Shown here: positions 46,380 to 56,618 of the stretch, piece by piece
How the letters are laid out: each line of letters opens with the position of its first letter
Numbering within the stretch: the stretch's first letter is position 1
Source: a plasmid
Sequence record: NZ_CP033968.1
Direction: 5' to 3' (one strand)
Length of the DNA stretch: 64,000 bases
Made by a program: the position numbers and the translations under genes
Notes under the pieces: generated by a model
What the model was told of the DNA's origin: nothing
Seen by the model: the letters and a program-made list of their open reading frames with translations, nothing else
Databases searched by the model: none

Positions 46380-47816
46380 ATGAGCAAGCAATTGGAAACA
46401 ATGGAGATTCGGACTCTCGGCGAGAGGCGCGGCAACCCACGCCTCTGGATCGATGGGGACCAAGCCATGAGGGGAGGTTTTGCCCCGGGCGTGGAGTTCA
46501 ACCCCAAGGTCGACAAGGAACGGTGCATGCTCACACTCGAAGTCGTTACGAGCGGCGGCGAGCGTGTGGTTTCCAAGAAGATCGTCCGCGATCGTGAGAT
46601 CCCGGTAATCGACATCAACAACAGCGACCTTCTCGGGATGTTCGTGAAGCTGGGTTTGACGGCAGTTCGCATCGTCGTCAAGTACCATCGGATCTTCATC
46701 CTACCCATCGCCTCGGAGCTCCGTGCCATGGAGCGCCTGGAGCGCCTGAAGGCAAAGCTCGATGCAGGTGAGCCGTTGCTGATTGGCTCGTTCTCCGCTG
46801 GCATTGGCATCCTGGATCGTGCTGCGCACGAGGGGCTGGAAGCGGCGGGCGTCGCATCCAGGCTTGCAGTTGCCAACGAGATCCGAGCGGATTGCATGGC
46901 GCATGCCGTCGAGCGCAACCCTGTCTACGATGCCAAGACGATTTTGCTCACGGCACCGATGCAGGAGGTGGTGTTCGATTCGTGGCTAATGTCCCAGCTT
47001 CCGAAGCTGGACGGCATCGTCATTGGAATTCCGTGCAGCGGAGCATCCAGCGCAGGGCGAAGTAAGCTCAAGCTGACGCATCCCGAAGACCATCCTGACG
47101 TCGGCCATCTGGTCGTTCCGTTCCTCGCGGCCGTGGCTCAGACGTCGCCGGCGTTCGTGGTAATCGAGTGCGTGCCAAACTGGCTGAAAACGGCTTCCGC
47201 CTCCATTTCGCGATCGATGCTGAGGGATCTCGGCTACGTTGTTCACGAGACTGTGCTCAATGCCGCGGACTTCAACATGCTCGAGCATCGGCAGCGGATG
47301 GCTATGGTCGCGGTCACCAACCCACTGTCATTCGACTTTGACATGGTGGAGGTGCCTGTTCCCCAGGAGCATTGCTTCGCCGAAATCATGGACGACGTGC
47401 CGCTTGACGACAAATCGTGGAGCCGTCTTGACTACCTGAAGGAGAAGGAAATTCGCGACAAAGCCGCTAATAAGGGCTTTAGCATGACGGTGATCGATGG
47501 CACCGCAACCAAGCTACCAACCCTGAACAAGACGCTCGCGAAGCGCCAAAGCACGGGGACGTTCATTCAACATCCGATCGATCCCGACCTGCTGCGTATC
47601 CCTACGGTGGCCGAACATGGTCGCGCGAAGGGAATCTGGACGGAAATGGTGGATGGAACCACGCAGACGTTTGGACACGAAGTTTGTGGCCAGGCCATCA
47701 GCGTGCCGCCGTGGATTGCTGTCTTCAAAGCAATCGGCAAGACGCTCATCTCCTTCAAGGAGAGCGCAACGCTGACGTTCTCATCCTTCGTCAGGCCCGA
47801 GCTGAAAGCCGCTTAA
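46380..47816 (+). CDS. DNA cytosine-5 methyltransferase-like protein with a ~130 aa N-terminal extension. No obvious cognate endonuclease.
   Basis: Motif I-like GSFSAGIGIL. PC motif GIPCSGAS. ENV-like VVIECVPN. QRR motif EHRQRMAMVAV. Confidence 0.6.
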   Translation: MSKQLETMEIRTLGERRGNPRLWIDGDQAMRGGFAPGVEFNPKVDKERCMLTLEVVTSGGERVVSKKIVRDREIPVIDINNSDLLGMFVKLGLTAVRIVVKYHRIFILPIASELRAMERLERLKAKLDAGEPLLIGSFSAGIGILDRAAHEGLEAAGVASRLAVANEIRADCMAHAVERNPVYDAKTILLTAPMQEVVFDSWLMSQLPKLDGIVIGIPCSGASSAGRSKLKLTHPEDHPDVGHLVVPFLAAVAQTSPAFVVIECVPNWLKTASASISRSMLRDLGYVVHETVLNAADFNMLEHRQRMAMVAVTNPLSFDFDMVEVPVPQEHCFAEIMDDVPLDDKSWSRLDYLKEKEIRDKAANKGFSMTVIDGTATKLPTLNKTLAKRQSTGTFIQHPIDPDLLRIPTVAEHGRAKGIWTEMVDGTTQTFGHEVCGQAISVPPWIAVFKAIGKTLISFKESATLTFSSFVRPELKAA

Positions 47817-47822
47817 CCCCCA

Positions 47823-47857
47823 CGCCACCGACTACACATCGGTGGCGTTTTTCTTTT
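47823..47857 (+). terminator. Rho-independent terminator.
   Basis: CGCCACCGactacacatCGGTGGCG followed by TTTTTCTTTT. Confidence 0.6.
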
Positions 47858-47869
47858 GGGAGGGTTGGT

Positions 47870-48598
47870 TCAACGGGGCCCGGCAAGCCCCGCGTGGGTT
47901 TGGCGCCAGAAGGACGCCGCAGCGACGATTGAACGCTGATAGTTCGCTTCCGCAACGAGCGCCGCGGCGCGATCGGGAGCTTCATAGCGTGCATGGGTAG
48001 CGTCCGCATCCATCGCTGCGGCAGCCACAGTGCGAGCGGCACACGCTTCCTCTGCGAGGTGCTCGACGAGCTCCCAAACCAGCGACCTATGTCGCGGTCT
48101 GCCGGTGCCAATGATTCTGCCCTGCGCATCCACGAGTTCAACCCAGTCGATCGCCCCTGCAGTCTCGTCCTCGTCAAGCGTTGCGGCGAGATGCTCCGCC
48201 CACAGAAACTCGACGCGCTCGGCCGTCAGGACTCGCCGCGCTGACTCCAATGTCGCACCCTGAATACTGATCAAGGCCCTTGCTTTGCGCGAAAGGTTGG
48301 CCGCGCTCGAGTGCTGCCCAAATGTGGCGACATCGACGAAACCATGAACTCGAATCCACCGGCCCACGGCTTTCAGCCTGGCCTCAAGTTGGGCAAGTGC
48401 ATTCTGTGCGGACACATCGTCGCGCCCCAGCGTCGCCTTGCCGCGAACCAGAGCCGACAGAAGGTGATACTCAACCCTCTCTCTAAACGCCGCATAGAGC
48501 AATTCCGTACGCCCTTCAGTCACGTGCTGTCCCTCAAATCCGTAGCCAGTGAATGCAGTTCTCCCGGCGGGGGGCCAGGGTGAAGCTGCTCTATCCAA
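47870..48598 (-). CDS. Hypothetical protein (242 aa), convergent with the MTase.
   Basis: Track ORF with high GC3. Confidence 0.45.
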   Translation of the reverse strand: MDRAASPWPPAGRTAFTGYGFEGQHVTEGRTELLYAAFRERVEYHLLSALVRGKATLGRDDVSAQNALAQLEARLKAVGRWIRVHGFVDVATFGQHSSAANLSRKARALISIQGATLESARRVLTAERVEFLWAEHLAATLDEDETAGAIDWVELVDAQGRIIGTGRPRHRSLVWELVEHLAEEACAARTVAAAAMDADATHARYEAPDRAAALVAEANYQRSIVAAASFWRQTHAGLAGPR

Positions 48599-48882
48599 GA
48601 TGATGCCTTGTGGAGGGCAGGGGACGCTCCGGCGAGCAAAAGGAGATTTTCACGCCAATTCAGCCGCGCCGGCCAGATTTGCATCCACCAAGCGCCATGC
48701 CGATGTGCCTCATTCGCCCCACCAACGCCCTCCACGACGTCAAATTATACAGAAGACGCCAATTCAATACATAACGTGTATAGTTACGTGTGATGCATCT
48801 TCATTGATCGCAGGACGCGGGCAACCGAAGATCCGATCGTATTTGGATACACCTTCCGACAACTGAACCTGAGGGAACACGA

Positions 48883-49599
48883 ATGAAAAAGATTGCTGCT
48901 GCTCTGGCCTTTGCCGCCATGTCCATCGCTGCCCATGCTTCGCCTGAGACCGACAGCGTGATGGCGACACTGAAGATCAAGTATCCCAACACGAACTTCA
49001 CCAGCGTCGAGGCCACCCCGATTCCGGGGATCTACGAGCTCACCATGGGCAAGAACATCGCGTACACCGACAAGGAAGGGCACTACTTCCTCTTCGGCAG
49101 CATGTACGACATGGAGAAGCGCCAGGATCTCACCGCCTCAAAACGCGAAGCCGCCAACAAGATCGACGTCAGCAAGCTGCCCATTCAGGACGCGATCGTG
49201 CGCGTGAAAGGCAAGGGCACGCGCAAGCTCTACCTCTTCTCTGACCCCGACTGCCCGTATTGCAAGCAGCTCGAAGCGCAAGCGTTCCCACAGCTGGATG
49301 ACGTGACCATCTATACGTTCATGTTCCCGCTCGACTCACTGCACCCGCAGGCGAGTGCCAAGTCGGAGTCGATCTGGTGCCTGCCGGCCGCACAACGCGC
49401 TGCTGCGTGGGACAAGCTCGTCACCCAGAACGTCCCGGCGCCGGCGGCGAAGTGCGACAACCCGATCAAGCGTATTGCTGCACTGGGCGACGGCCTCGGC
49501 GTGCGGGGCACCCCGACCCTGTTCAGCGCCGATGGCCGCATCTTGCCGGGCGCCGCTGACGCTGCGCGAATCGACGCGTGGCTCAATGGTGCGAAGTAA
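48883..49599 (+). CDS. dsbC: DsbC/DsbG-like thiol:disulfide interchange protein of the conjugation module.
   Basis: Signal peptide. CPYC thioredoxin active site. GAGGGAAC RBS. Confidence 0.75.
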   Translation: MKKIAAALAFAAMSIAAHASPETDSVMATLKIKYPNTNFTSVEATPIPGIYELTMGKNIAYTDKEGHYFLFGSMYDMEKRQDLTASKREAANKIDVSKLPIQDAIVRVKGKGTRKLYLFSDPDCPYCKQLEAQAFPQLDDVTIYTFMFPLDSLHPQASAKSESIWCLPAAQRAAAWDKLVTQNVPAPAAKCDNPIKRIAALGDGLGVRGTPTLFSADGRILPGAADAARIDAWLNGAK

Positions 49600-49700
49600 T
49601 CAGGTGTCTCCCAACCACTCGCCTTCACGGTGAGTGGCGCATCGAAAGCCGCGGCCAAGGTCGCGGTTTTGTGCTATCTACTTCGTTGATCGGAGCCCAT

Positions 49701-50333
49701 ATGAAGGTAAGCCGCCGCACTACAGCGCTCTTCCTTGGCTTGGCACTCTCTACCATCGCCTGCGCGTCGTTTGCCGAGTCTCTCGGCCGATACGGCAATA
49801 CCTGGGACATCCAGGAGCAGGACGCTGTCGACATGATCAAAGGTCGGTTGACCAACATGGAGAAGCAGGGCCAGCTGAAGAAGTTCTGGGAAGACTACAG
49901 GAACAAGCAGCTCTCCAACCTGGAAAATCCCCCTCCAGTTCCGGGTATATCGACCGCAACCGGTCCAAAGGTGTGGACGTTTGATCCTACCTATACCTAC
50001 CCTGACAACGTGAAGGATCACCTGGGCAATGTTCTCGTTCCCGCGGGGACCAAACTCAATCCGCTCGATTTCACTGCTCTGTCGAAGGCCATCGTGTTCA
50101 TCGACGGCCGCGACCCGAAGCAAGTCCAGTACGCCAAGAAGCGCATCGACGAGAATCCCCGCGACAAGGTCGTTCTCGTCGCGGGCTCTTTCCTGAAACT
50201 AGATCGCGAATGGAAGCGACCGGTCTACTTTGACCAGCAGGGCATCCTGACTCAGCACTTTGGCATCAAGCGGGTCCCGGCAGTGCTTTCCCAGAAGGGG
50301 AAAATGCTGCAGGTCGAGGAGTTCGCGCCATGA
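49701..50333 (+). CDS. traW: F-type conjugative pilus assembly protein TraW-like.
   Basis: ~210 aa secreted protein. Collinear similarity to F TraW as recalled (LG.YG..W...E.D....I..RL ... HFGIKRVPAVL ... EEFAP). Internal start of track ORF 49578..50333. Confidence 0.7.
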   Translation: MKVSRRTTALFLGLALSTIACASFAESLGRYGNTWDIQEQDAVDMIKGRLTNMEKQGQLKKFWEDYRNKQLSNLENPPPVPGISTATGPKVWTFDPTYTYPDNVKDHLGNVLVPAGTKLNPLDFTALSKAIVFIDGRDPKQVQYAKKRIDENPRDKVVLVAGSFLKLDREWKRPVYFDQQGILTQHFGIKRVPAVLSQKGKMLQVEEFAP

Positions 50334-51364
50334 AGAAACTCATCTCAGCGGCCCTCCTGCTCGCCGGTGCACTCTTCGGTTCTGGCACTGCGAACGCCGA
50401 CGCGCTTTGCACGGGCAAGTTTCCCAACCTGATCTCCGACGTGTGCTGGTCATGCATGATGCCGATCAAGTTGTTCGGCACCGCGACTCTTCTCGGGGGC
50501 GGCCAGGACGACTTCGATTCTGGCCCCGTGAACCCGGTCTGCTTTTGCCAGAACCCGCCGAAAGTCGGCATCCCGACGTCATTCTGGGAGTTCGACATGA
50601 TGACGGATGTGACTGCCGTTCCAGGCTGCTTCCCGCTGCTCGGTGGGGTGAGGGTGAACACTGGCGTGAATGCCGATGCCTTCGGCCAGATCTCCGATGA
50701 CCAGTCGGGGGAGATCGGGTCTACCCGGACGTCGTTCATGCAGGTGAACCTCTACATCAATCCGGCACTGTACGTCATGGGCGCGATTCTGGACGATTCC
50801 TGTCTGGACCAGCGGGGCATTGACATCCCTTGGGTGTCCTTCGCCGACCCGACGCACAACGATGATGAGCTCGCCGGCATCATCGCGCCTTACGCGTTCC
50901 CGTTCGGAGGGATGGTTGCCATCGGCGCAATGTCAGCCGATGCAGTGGCGGCTACTGCAGGCTTTCCGATCCCAGAGATCTTCTGGGCCGCGGGCGCCTA
51001 CGGGCACATGTATCCCCTGACAGGGAATAATGAGGCTCACCTGAGCATGGAGCAGACTGCGCGGCTCCAGACGACGCGCGTTCTGGCCAAACTCCATGCC
51101 GCCGGAACGCAGTGGTCAGCGTTCGGCAGCGATGCCATGTGCGGCTACTACCCGCAGATCATCATGGATAAGCGGCAGTACAAGTTCACGCGCCTGTACC
51201 CAATTCCGCAGACCGTCAAGATCGCCGGCAAATGCTGCGACCCGATCGGGCGATCGCCCATTCTTACCCAAACAAACACTGAATTGCCCATGCCGGGCTG
51301 GAGGGACTTTGGCTATGCGATATTCCGCAAACGTGATTGCTGCAGCGGCGCTTCTCCTGGCTAA
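50330..51364 (+). CDS. traU: F-type conjugative transfer protein TraU-like.
   Basis: Signal peptide. The conserved Cys pattern CTGKFPNLISDVCWSCMMPIKLFG matches the TraU N-terminus. Confidence 0.8.
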   Translation: MKKLISAALLLAGALFGSGTANADALCTGKFPNLISDVCWSCMMPIKLFGTATLLGGGQDDFDSGPVNPVCFCQNPPKVGIPTSFWEFDMMTDVTAVPGCFPLLGGVRVNTGVNADAFGQISDDQSGEIGSTRTSFMQVNLYINPALYVMGAILDDSCLDQRGIDIPWVSFADPTHNDDELAGIIAPYAFPFGGMVAIGAMSADAVAATAGFPIPEIFWAAGAYGHMYPLTGNNEAHLSMEQTARLQTTRVLAKLHAAGTQWSAFGSDAMCGYYPQIIMDKRQYKFTRLYPIPQTVKIAGKCCDPIGRSPILTQTNTELPMPGWRDFGYAIFRKRDCCSGASPG

Positions 51365-52049
51365 TGGCTGGGCTGGCACGGCCATCGCTCAGTCGCTCTC
51401 GCTACCACCCGAAGCCGAGATCCAGACAGAAATGGCCAAGCACCGAGAAGAGGCGGCAGCAGTCCTTGGACAGAACATCAAGCCGGTGAAGCCGGGTACG
51501 TTCAAGGTCGAGGTCCCCACGATTAAGGCACCGCCGCCAGTGCGAACGCAGAGTCTGGACGACATCATGCAGCAGTATGCAGAGGCCAAGAAGGGTGGCC
51601 CAGCACCGGCAAAGCGGGGGGCGAACGACCTCATCATCTTTGTCTCGTTCTCGATGCCAAAGCCCGTCCTTACTGAGCTGGCTCGACAGGCCAAGGAGAC
51701 GGGCGCCGTTATGGTGGTCCGCGGTTTCAAGGACGGGTCGCTCAAAGCAACCAAGCTCGCCGCGCTCGAAGTCAACCGAGCGGGCGCCCCATGGGAGATC
51801 CATCCGGACCTCTTCAAGGCGTTCAAGGTAACCGCAGTGCCGACGTTTGTGGTTGCGAGTGCGGAGGCCGAATCCGTGCTTGAGGACGGCTGCTCGCCGG
51901 AGACAGCCTACTCTGCGGTGGCCGGCAACATGTCCGTCGAGCTAGCCCTGGACACGATCCGCCGGCGGGCGCAGCCAACGATCGCAAAGCTCGCTGAGAA
52001 CCGCCTCGCGGCCATCCGAGCCAAGAATCAGCCCGGCACATTGCGATGA
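51315..52049 (+). CDS. trbC: TrbC-like thioredoxin-fold conjugal transfer protein (periplasmic).
   Basis: Signal peptide. Position after traU as in F (traW-traU-trbC). LIIFVSFSMP region. Internal start of track ORF 51096..52049. Confidence 0.5.
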   Translation: MRYSANVIAAAALLLANGWAGTAIAQSLSLPPEAEIQTEMAKHREEAAAVLGQNIKPVKPGTFKVEVPTIKAPPPVRTQSLDDIMQQYAEAKKGGPAPAKRGANDLIIFVSFSMPKPVLTELARQAKETGAVMVVRGFKDGSLKATKLAALEVNRAGAPWEIHPDLFKAFKVTAVPTFVVASAEAESVLEDGCSPETAYSAVAGNMSVELALDTIRRRAQPTIAKLAENRLAAIRAKNQPGTLR

Positions 52050-52152
52050 ACGGGCCTTGCTGGCGGGACGGCACCGGTCCGACCGCCAGCGGGGCTTGAG
52101 CCCAGGACATCAGCCTCCAAACCCGGTTCTTGTGGTTACCAAGGAGAAAATT

Positions 52153-52926
52153 ATGCAGAAAATGCTTGGCATGGCCGTGGCCATGTCGACCCTATCCCTC
52201 TCCGCGATCGCCGGCGGTACTACGACGGTGAAATCGACTTTCCCGAACGTTGTACCTGTCGAGCAGGTTCGCCCGGCGGTCGAGCGCATCAATGGCGCCG
52301 ACGGGGTCAAACCCGGCGACACACGTACCGCCGCACCAGGTGCAAAGCTCATGGAGTTCACGGTCTCGACCAAGACGACCACGCCGCTCCTGGAGGTTGT
52401 CCGAGAGGTGAAGCTCGAGGCCGGCGACGCTTCCCTGTCCCTCAAGGCTGGCGCCCGCGTTGCGCCGGCGGCAAAGATCGTCGACAAGGAGGGGAGGACC
52501 TTCTATCTGGTCAAGGCCGCCCCTGAGAGCAGCTCGCTCTTCGCCCGGAATCGCTACTTCGCCATTACGGACACCGGCGCAGTACTCGAGAACGCACTGA
52601 AGGCGACGGGAGATACCTACGAGATGCAGGAACCTGTCTCGATCACCCCGGGCGACATGGTGATCACCAAGTCTCGGACGAGCGGGCCAGCACTCTGCGG
52701 CATCTCAACCGTATTCCTTGGCGCCAACGACGGCGTGGCGAAGTACCGCGTCCTTCGGACCGATGCTTCCGGCCGAATCCGCGGCTCGCGCGACTTGGCA
52801 TACATGAATGATCTGCGGCTGATTTCGATGGCCGGCACCCATCTCGCGATCGACAAGGTCGAGCCGAACTCGGTAAGTGTCCGTATCGTTGGCTCCACGC
52901 CGGCGGCCTGCAGTACCGCGATCTAG
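52153..52926 (+). CDS. Secreted hypothetical protein (257 aa) at the end of the traW-traU-trbC operon.
   Basis: AAGGAGAAAATT RBS, signal peptide, terminator downstream. Internal start of track ORF 52057..52926. Confidence 0.5.
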   Translation: MQKMLGMAVAMSTLSLSAIAGGTTTVKSTFPNVVPVEQVRPAVERINGADGVKPGDTRTAAPGAKLMEFTVSTKTTTPLLEVVREVKLEAGDASLSLKAGARVAPAAKIVDKEGRTFYLVKAAPESSSLFARNRYFAITDTGAVLENALKATGDTYEMQEPVSITPGDMVITKSRTSGPALCGISTVFLGANDGVAKYRVLRTDASGRIRGSRDLAYMNDLRLISMAGTHLAIDKVEPNSVSVRIVGSTPAACSTAI

Positions 52927-52964
52927 TTCCGACGACCACCACTCGAGCGCACCTGGAGGGCGAA

Positions 52965-53006
52965 AGTAAAAAGGCGGCACCGGTATCCGGGCCGCCTTTA
53001 TTTCTA
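52965..53006. terminator. Bidirectional rho-independent terminator between convergent genes.
   Basis: AAAAAGGCGGCACcggtatccGGGCCGCCTTTATTTCT. Confidence 0.6.
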
Positions 53007-53252
53007 TGTTCCACGCGACTCAGCAGCTCGCGCGGCCAGGCGTGTGAACACCTCGGCCATTTGATTGAGCACGCGCTGATCGCTGGGAATCTGCATGAGG
53101 CATCGCGCAGGCACCCCGCGCGACGTCAAAGGCTGCATTTCAATGTAGCCGTCGAGGTCACGGATCAGAAGGCCGCTTGTTTTGACCTCTCCATTACGAC
53201 CCAGGCACAATTCCAGCGACTCAAACTTCACCTCTTGCTCTTGAACTTGCAT
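53004..53252 (-). CDS. Small hypothetical protein (82 aa).
   Basis: Start MQVQEQE with GGAG RBS. Internal start of track ORF 53004..53312. Confidence 0.4.
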   Translation of the reverse strand: MQVQEQEVKFESLELCLGRNGEVKTSGLLIRDLDGYIEMQPLTSRGVPARCLMQIPSDQRVLNQMAEVFTRLAARAAESRGT

Positions 53253-53377
53253 GACGATACTCCGGACATTGGTTGAGTGTGCATTTGCATTGCCCTTTGG
53301 TATGGCACGCAATGACGCGTAAGAAAAAGGGTCCGCATCGATAGACGCGGACCCTTTCTGTGCAGTTGATTCCGATA

Positions 53378-53704
53378 CTAGTGGCCGTCGTGGCTATTCA
53401 CGGACAGCGCCGGAAGGGCGGCGGTGTCAAACACCCCGGCCTCCTCGCGGCTTTGCTCCAGTCGCTCGCGCGTGGCCTTCCATTCCTGGTCGGTCATGCG
53501 TTGACGGTGCTTGGTCCGAACTTCACCATTGAGAACATGACGGAAACGGACGATGAAGTATCCGGGCGTGACGCTCGGCGTTCCTTCATACTCATAGATG
53601 TTGAAGCCCTTGGGGTCTTTCCCTGTGGTCGACACGGTCTGAGAACGAAAGAGACGGTTCACAAACGCCAGTGCGGCGAGTTTGAGGATATGCAGGATTG
53701 CCAT
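53378..53704 (-). CDS. Small hypothetical protein (108 aa).
   Basis: Start MAILHILK with AGGAGA RBS. Internal start of track ORF 53378..53839. Confidence 0.45.
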   Translation of the reverse strand: MAILHILKLAALAFVNRLFRSQTVSTTGKDPKGFNIYEYEGTPSVTPGYFIVRFRHVLNGEVRTKHRQRMTDQEWKATRERLEQSREEAGVFDTAALPALSVNSHDGH

Positions 53705-53763
53705 GTTTGATCTCCTAGTGGATGTCGGACCCTTGCGATGACCTGACATAGGGGAGATGGAGA

Positions 53764-54076
53764 TCATGAGAGCGGAAGAGCCTCCTGCTGCGATGGTGGG
53801 TCCCGTCGTTGCGCGACGGGCTCCCCAAGGCAATTCCACAGACGAACGTTGCCGTTTGCAGCAAACTGGACTTCAGCCGGTATCACGGCCAGAATCCGCG
53901 CATCCGATGAGCCCTCCATTTCGCGCATGGCCAGCGTCTCGGTGGCATGGAAGTTGATCAGACCCCAGTCCTGTACTTCGAAACGCCGTCCTGCCAGAGC
54001 AAAACCGACCTCCATTCGGCGTCCAATACCCTTCAACTCGGTCTCAAAGGCTTTCCGAGCTTGCTGTTGATGATTC
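53764..54076 (-). CDS. Small hypothetical protein (103 aa).
   Basis: Start MNHQQQARK with GGAG RBS. Internal start of track ORF 53764..54144. Confidence 0.4.
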
Positions 54077-54216
54077 ATGTCAGATCTCCATTCTGGGTTG
54101 ATTTGCGATCGGATATGCGTCACAGCAAGTAGTAGGGCCTTCACGGACGCGTGCTGCCGGCAAAAGAAAAGCCCGCGATGCGGGCTGAGAAGAGTCGGCG
54201 GGAGGAGGAGGGCGGC

Positions 54217-54642
54217 TTAGATGAACGTGCTATCTCCCTGGTTGCCATCGTCTGCATACCCCTGCTCTTGGGGGGGCGGACCGTCATCGTGTCCGTCCGC
54301 GCCCCCTTGCCGGCCGCCCAGCATTTGCATTTGGTCCGCAATGATCTCGGTGCTGTACTTGTCCTGGCCAGACTGATCCTGCCACTTCCGCGTGCGGATG
54401 CGGCCTTCGATGTAGACCGACGAACCCTTCCGCAGGTACTGACCTGCAATGTCAGCCAGCTTCCCGAAAAAGGCGACACGGTGCCATTCGGTGGCTTCCT
54501 TGAACTCGCCAGACTGCTTGTCCTTGTAGCGGTCGGTCGTCGCCAGCCGGATATTGGTCACGGCATCGCCGCTGGGCATGTAGCGGGTTTCCGGGTCCGC
54601 ACCGAGGTTCCCGACCAGAATCACCTTGTTTACCGATGCCAT
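54217..54642 (-). CDS. ssb: Single-stranded DNA-binding protein.
   Basis: OB-fold sequence [39 protein letters not shown].. and an acidic Gly/Gln-rich C-terminal tail. Confidence 0.9.
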   Translation of the reverse strand: MASVNKVILVGNLGADPETRYMPSGDAVTNIRLATTDRYKDKQSGEFKEATEWHRVAFFGKLADIAGQYLRKGSSVYIEGRIRTRKWQDQSGQDKYSTEIIADQMQMLGGRQGGADGHDDGPPPQEQGYADDGNQGDSTFI

Positions 54643-54800
54643 CAAACGCTTCCTTTCAATACCCCCAGTCGGAGGCTCAACGACGAATTGAGTGATGGTG
54701 CATTCCTGACTTCCCACCACCCGCTATGACCAGCAGCTCGCTCATGCGCTGCCACCGATGTCCGGCCTCTGGTGCCCCCGGGCATTGCTGCCCGCCGCGG

Positions 54801-55706
54801 TCACTCTGCAACGTACTCCGCTTCGCCTCCCAGGCTCTCTATGAGATCCGGGAGAAAACGTGACAGCTCACCTGTCATGATGGCAAAAGAGGACTGGAAC
54901 ACGGCCTCAGCGTCCTCCCCATCGAGATTGACCTCTCCCATCACGGCGTCGAGGAACGCAATCCGCTTAACCTGGCACTTATCTGTGAGGATGAAGCTAA
55001 CGCGGTCAGTCCACGTCATCGCCAGCTTGGTGGGACGCTTTCCCTCGAGGATGTGCTGCCGGATCTCGTCTCGCTCCAAAGAAAGGCGCGTGTACTTGAC
55101 CGTTGGCTTCTCTGCGTCTGTGCCCTTCAGCTCGCACTCGCGATCGACCGTGAAGTTGTACGGTGCTTCGTTCGAGGTTAGCCAGTCGGACATCGCCTGG
55201 GCCGGCGAGAGATTCGTTTGGGCCAGCGCGATCGGGATCGTTTCAGCCGTTCGAATCAGATCGCTAACCACGTCGTCGGCCTTGGACGGAGTCGAGGTAT
55301 CCATCGCGACCCATCCATCGGCGGCATTGATCCACACCTGAATCGTCGCCTGCTTTGGGAATGCCCGTGGCAATAGCTCCGTGAGGGCCTGCTCTTTCAT
55401 CTCCTTGAGCACCTTGCGGCCCGGCTTATAGCCGTTTCGCTCCTCATACTCACGTGCCCGTTGCTCGACCAACTTCCGGATGGCCTCCCCGGGCACCGAT
55501 TTCGTCTCAATGCGGAGGGCAACCAACCACTGCTTCCCATGGGCATGAACAAGCGGGCCATTGTCCCGCGGGCTGACCCAACCGGATGACTTCATATCCT
55601 GGCTGCCGCATGGATGAAATGGCCGCTTCTTCAGCAAGGCTTCGAGGCCGTCTGATGTCATGGGCCAATCCTTGGTCAGGCGGTAAAGGTGCAGGTTTGA
55701 GAACAA
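54801..55706 (-). CDS. rdgC: Recombination-associated protein RdgC-like.
   Basis: ~300 aa. N-terminus MFSNLHLYRL resembles the RdgC start. Confidence 0.7.
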   Translation of the reverse strand: MFSNLHLYRLTKDWPMTSDGLEALLKKRPFHPCGSQDMKSSGWVSPRDNGPLVHAHGKQWLVALRIETKSVPGEAIRKLVEQRAREYEERNGYKPGRKVLKEMKEQALTELLPRAFPKQATIQVWINAADGWVAMDTSTPSKADDVVSDLIRTAETIPIALAQTNLSPAQAMSDWLTSNEAPYNFTVDRECELKGTDAEKPTVKYTRLSLERDEIRQHILEGKRPTKLAMTWTDRVSFILTDKCQVKRIAFLDAVMGEVNLDGEDAEAVFQSSFAIMTGELSRFLPDLIESLGGEAEYVAE

Positions 55707-55790
55707 GGACTCTCCTCTGAATGGTGACTCTGCAGCTGTGTTGATGCGGCCCGCCGGCGGGGAACAGCCGGGTGCCGGCGAGACGTCAGC

Positions 55791-56117
55791 TTAGATGGGC
55801 GATTGGCCAGGCGGCGAGCCGGGAAGGGCCAGGATGGCGGGGGGCAAGCGCCCGAGCTCGGCCGCGGTCAGCTGGTCCACGGAAAGACCGAGGCGCAGTG
55901 CCGCGGCAACCGCAGACTCCTTGTGCGCAAACCGCATTTGGCGGTGCGACCTACCGATCGCAATCCAGCGGCATTGCTCGTCTGTTATCGTGCCAACTCC
56001 GTCACATTGCGGGCAGGGAGCCGTTCTTGTCAGACGGAGCCTTCCCGTAGAGTCCGTAACGAAACCGCTCACCCGCTTCTTGCCCTCACACGAGGGACAG
56101 GAATGATGTATGTCCAT
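55791..56117 (-). CDS. Small zinc-ribbon protein with a possible HTH (CPSCEGKK...CPQCDG).
   Basis: Track ORF, 108 aa. Confidence 0.4.
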   Translation of the reverse strand: MDIHHSCPSCEGKKRVSGFVTDSTGRLRLTRTAPCPQCDGVGTITDEQCRWIAIGRSHRQMRFAHKESAVAAALRLGLSVDQLTAAELGRLPPAILALPGSPPGQSPI

Positions 56118-56248
56118 AGGCTCGGTCCCTGGTCAATTCGGCGCTCGCAATCGCATCGTCACGCCATATCACGTATGCATACCTTCATTGTATCTTAATG
56201 ACGCAAAACACAGGCGTGCAATATGTTGTCTGGTAGCCTCAGTGACCA

Positions 56249-56293
56249 CAAAAAAGGCAAGGCCCCTCGACATCTCACTGTCGAGGGGCCTTG
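56249..56293 (-). terminator. Strong hairpin (perfect 15-bp inverted repeat) with a T-run on the minus strand.
   Basis: CAAGGCCCCTCGACAtctcacTGTCGAGGGGCCTTG preceded on the top strand by AAAAAAGG. Confidence 0.55.
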
Positions 56294-56414
56294 CCCACTT
56301 CACGGTTCGAGAGCGTCCCCTCGATGTCGCACCGTTGGCGTTTCAGTTCAACCTGTTACCCCGTCCGGAACGCACCTGACACGAGGGTATGAAACGCTTA
56401 TTCTGATAAAGCTC

Positions 56415-56618
56415 TCACACCCTCAAAAGGGCAGCGTACGCCTGATCATTCATGACATTCACCATGTCGACCGCTGCGGATTCGTCCACCGCAAGTACTC
56501 GGACCGTCTCGACCAGATCGAGGCCGCGATCGACAACGACGTGATGCGGCACCTCCTCGAGCTCTGCTGAGCATCGCACTCGCATTGCAACCGCCTGTAC
56601 CGCGCATCGATAGTCCAT
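56415..56618 (-). CDS. Small hypothetical protein (67 aa) divergent from the primase gene.
   Basis: ATG with perfect AAGGAGG RBS. Internal start of track ORF 56415..56651. Confidence 0.4.
   Translation of the reverse strand: MDYRCAVQAVAMRVRCSAELEEVPHHVVVDRGLDLVETVRVLAVDESAAVDMVNVMNDQAYAALLRV

Noticed and set aside
48600-48880. AT-rich spacer before dsbC with ACGTGT half-sites considered as an operator or oriT.
   Set aside because: There is no clear inverted repeat or nic-like motif. It is most simply the promoter region of the dsbC-traW-traU-trbC operon.
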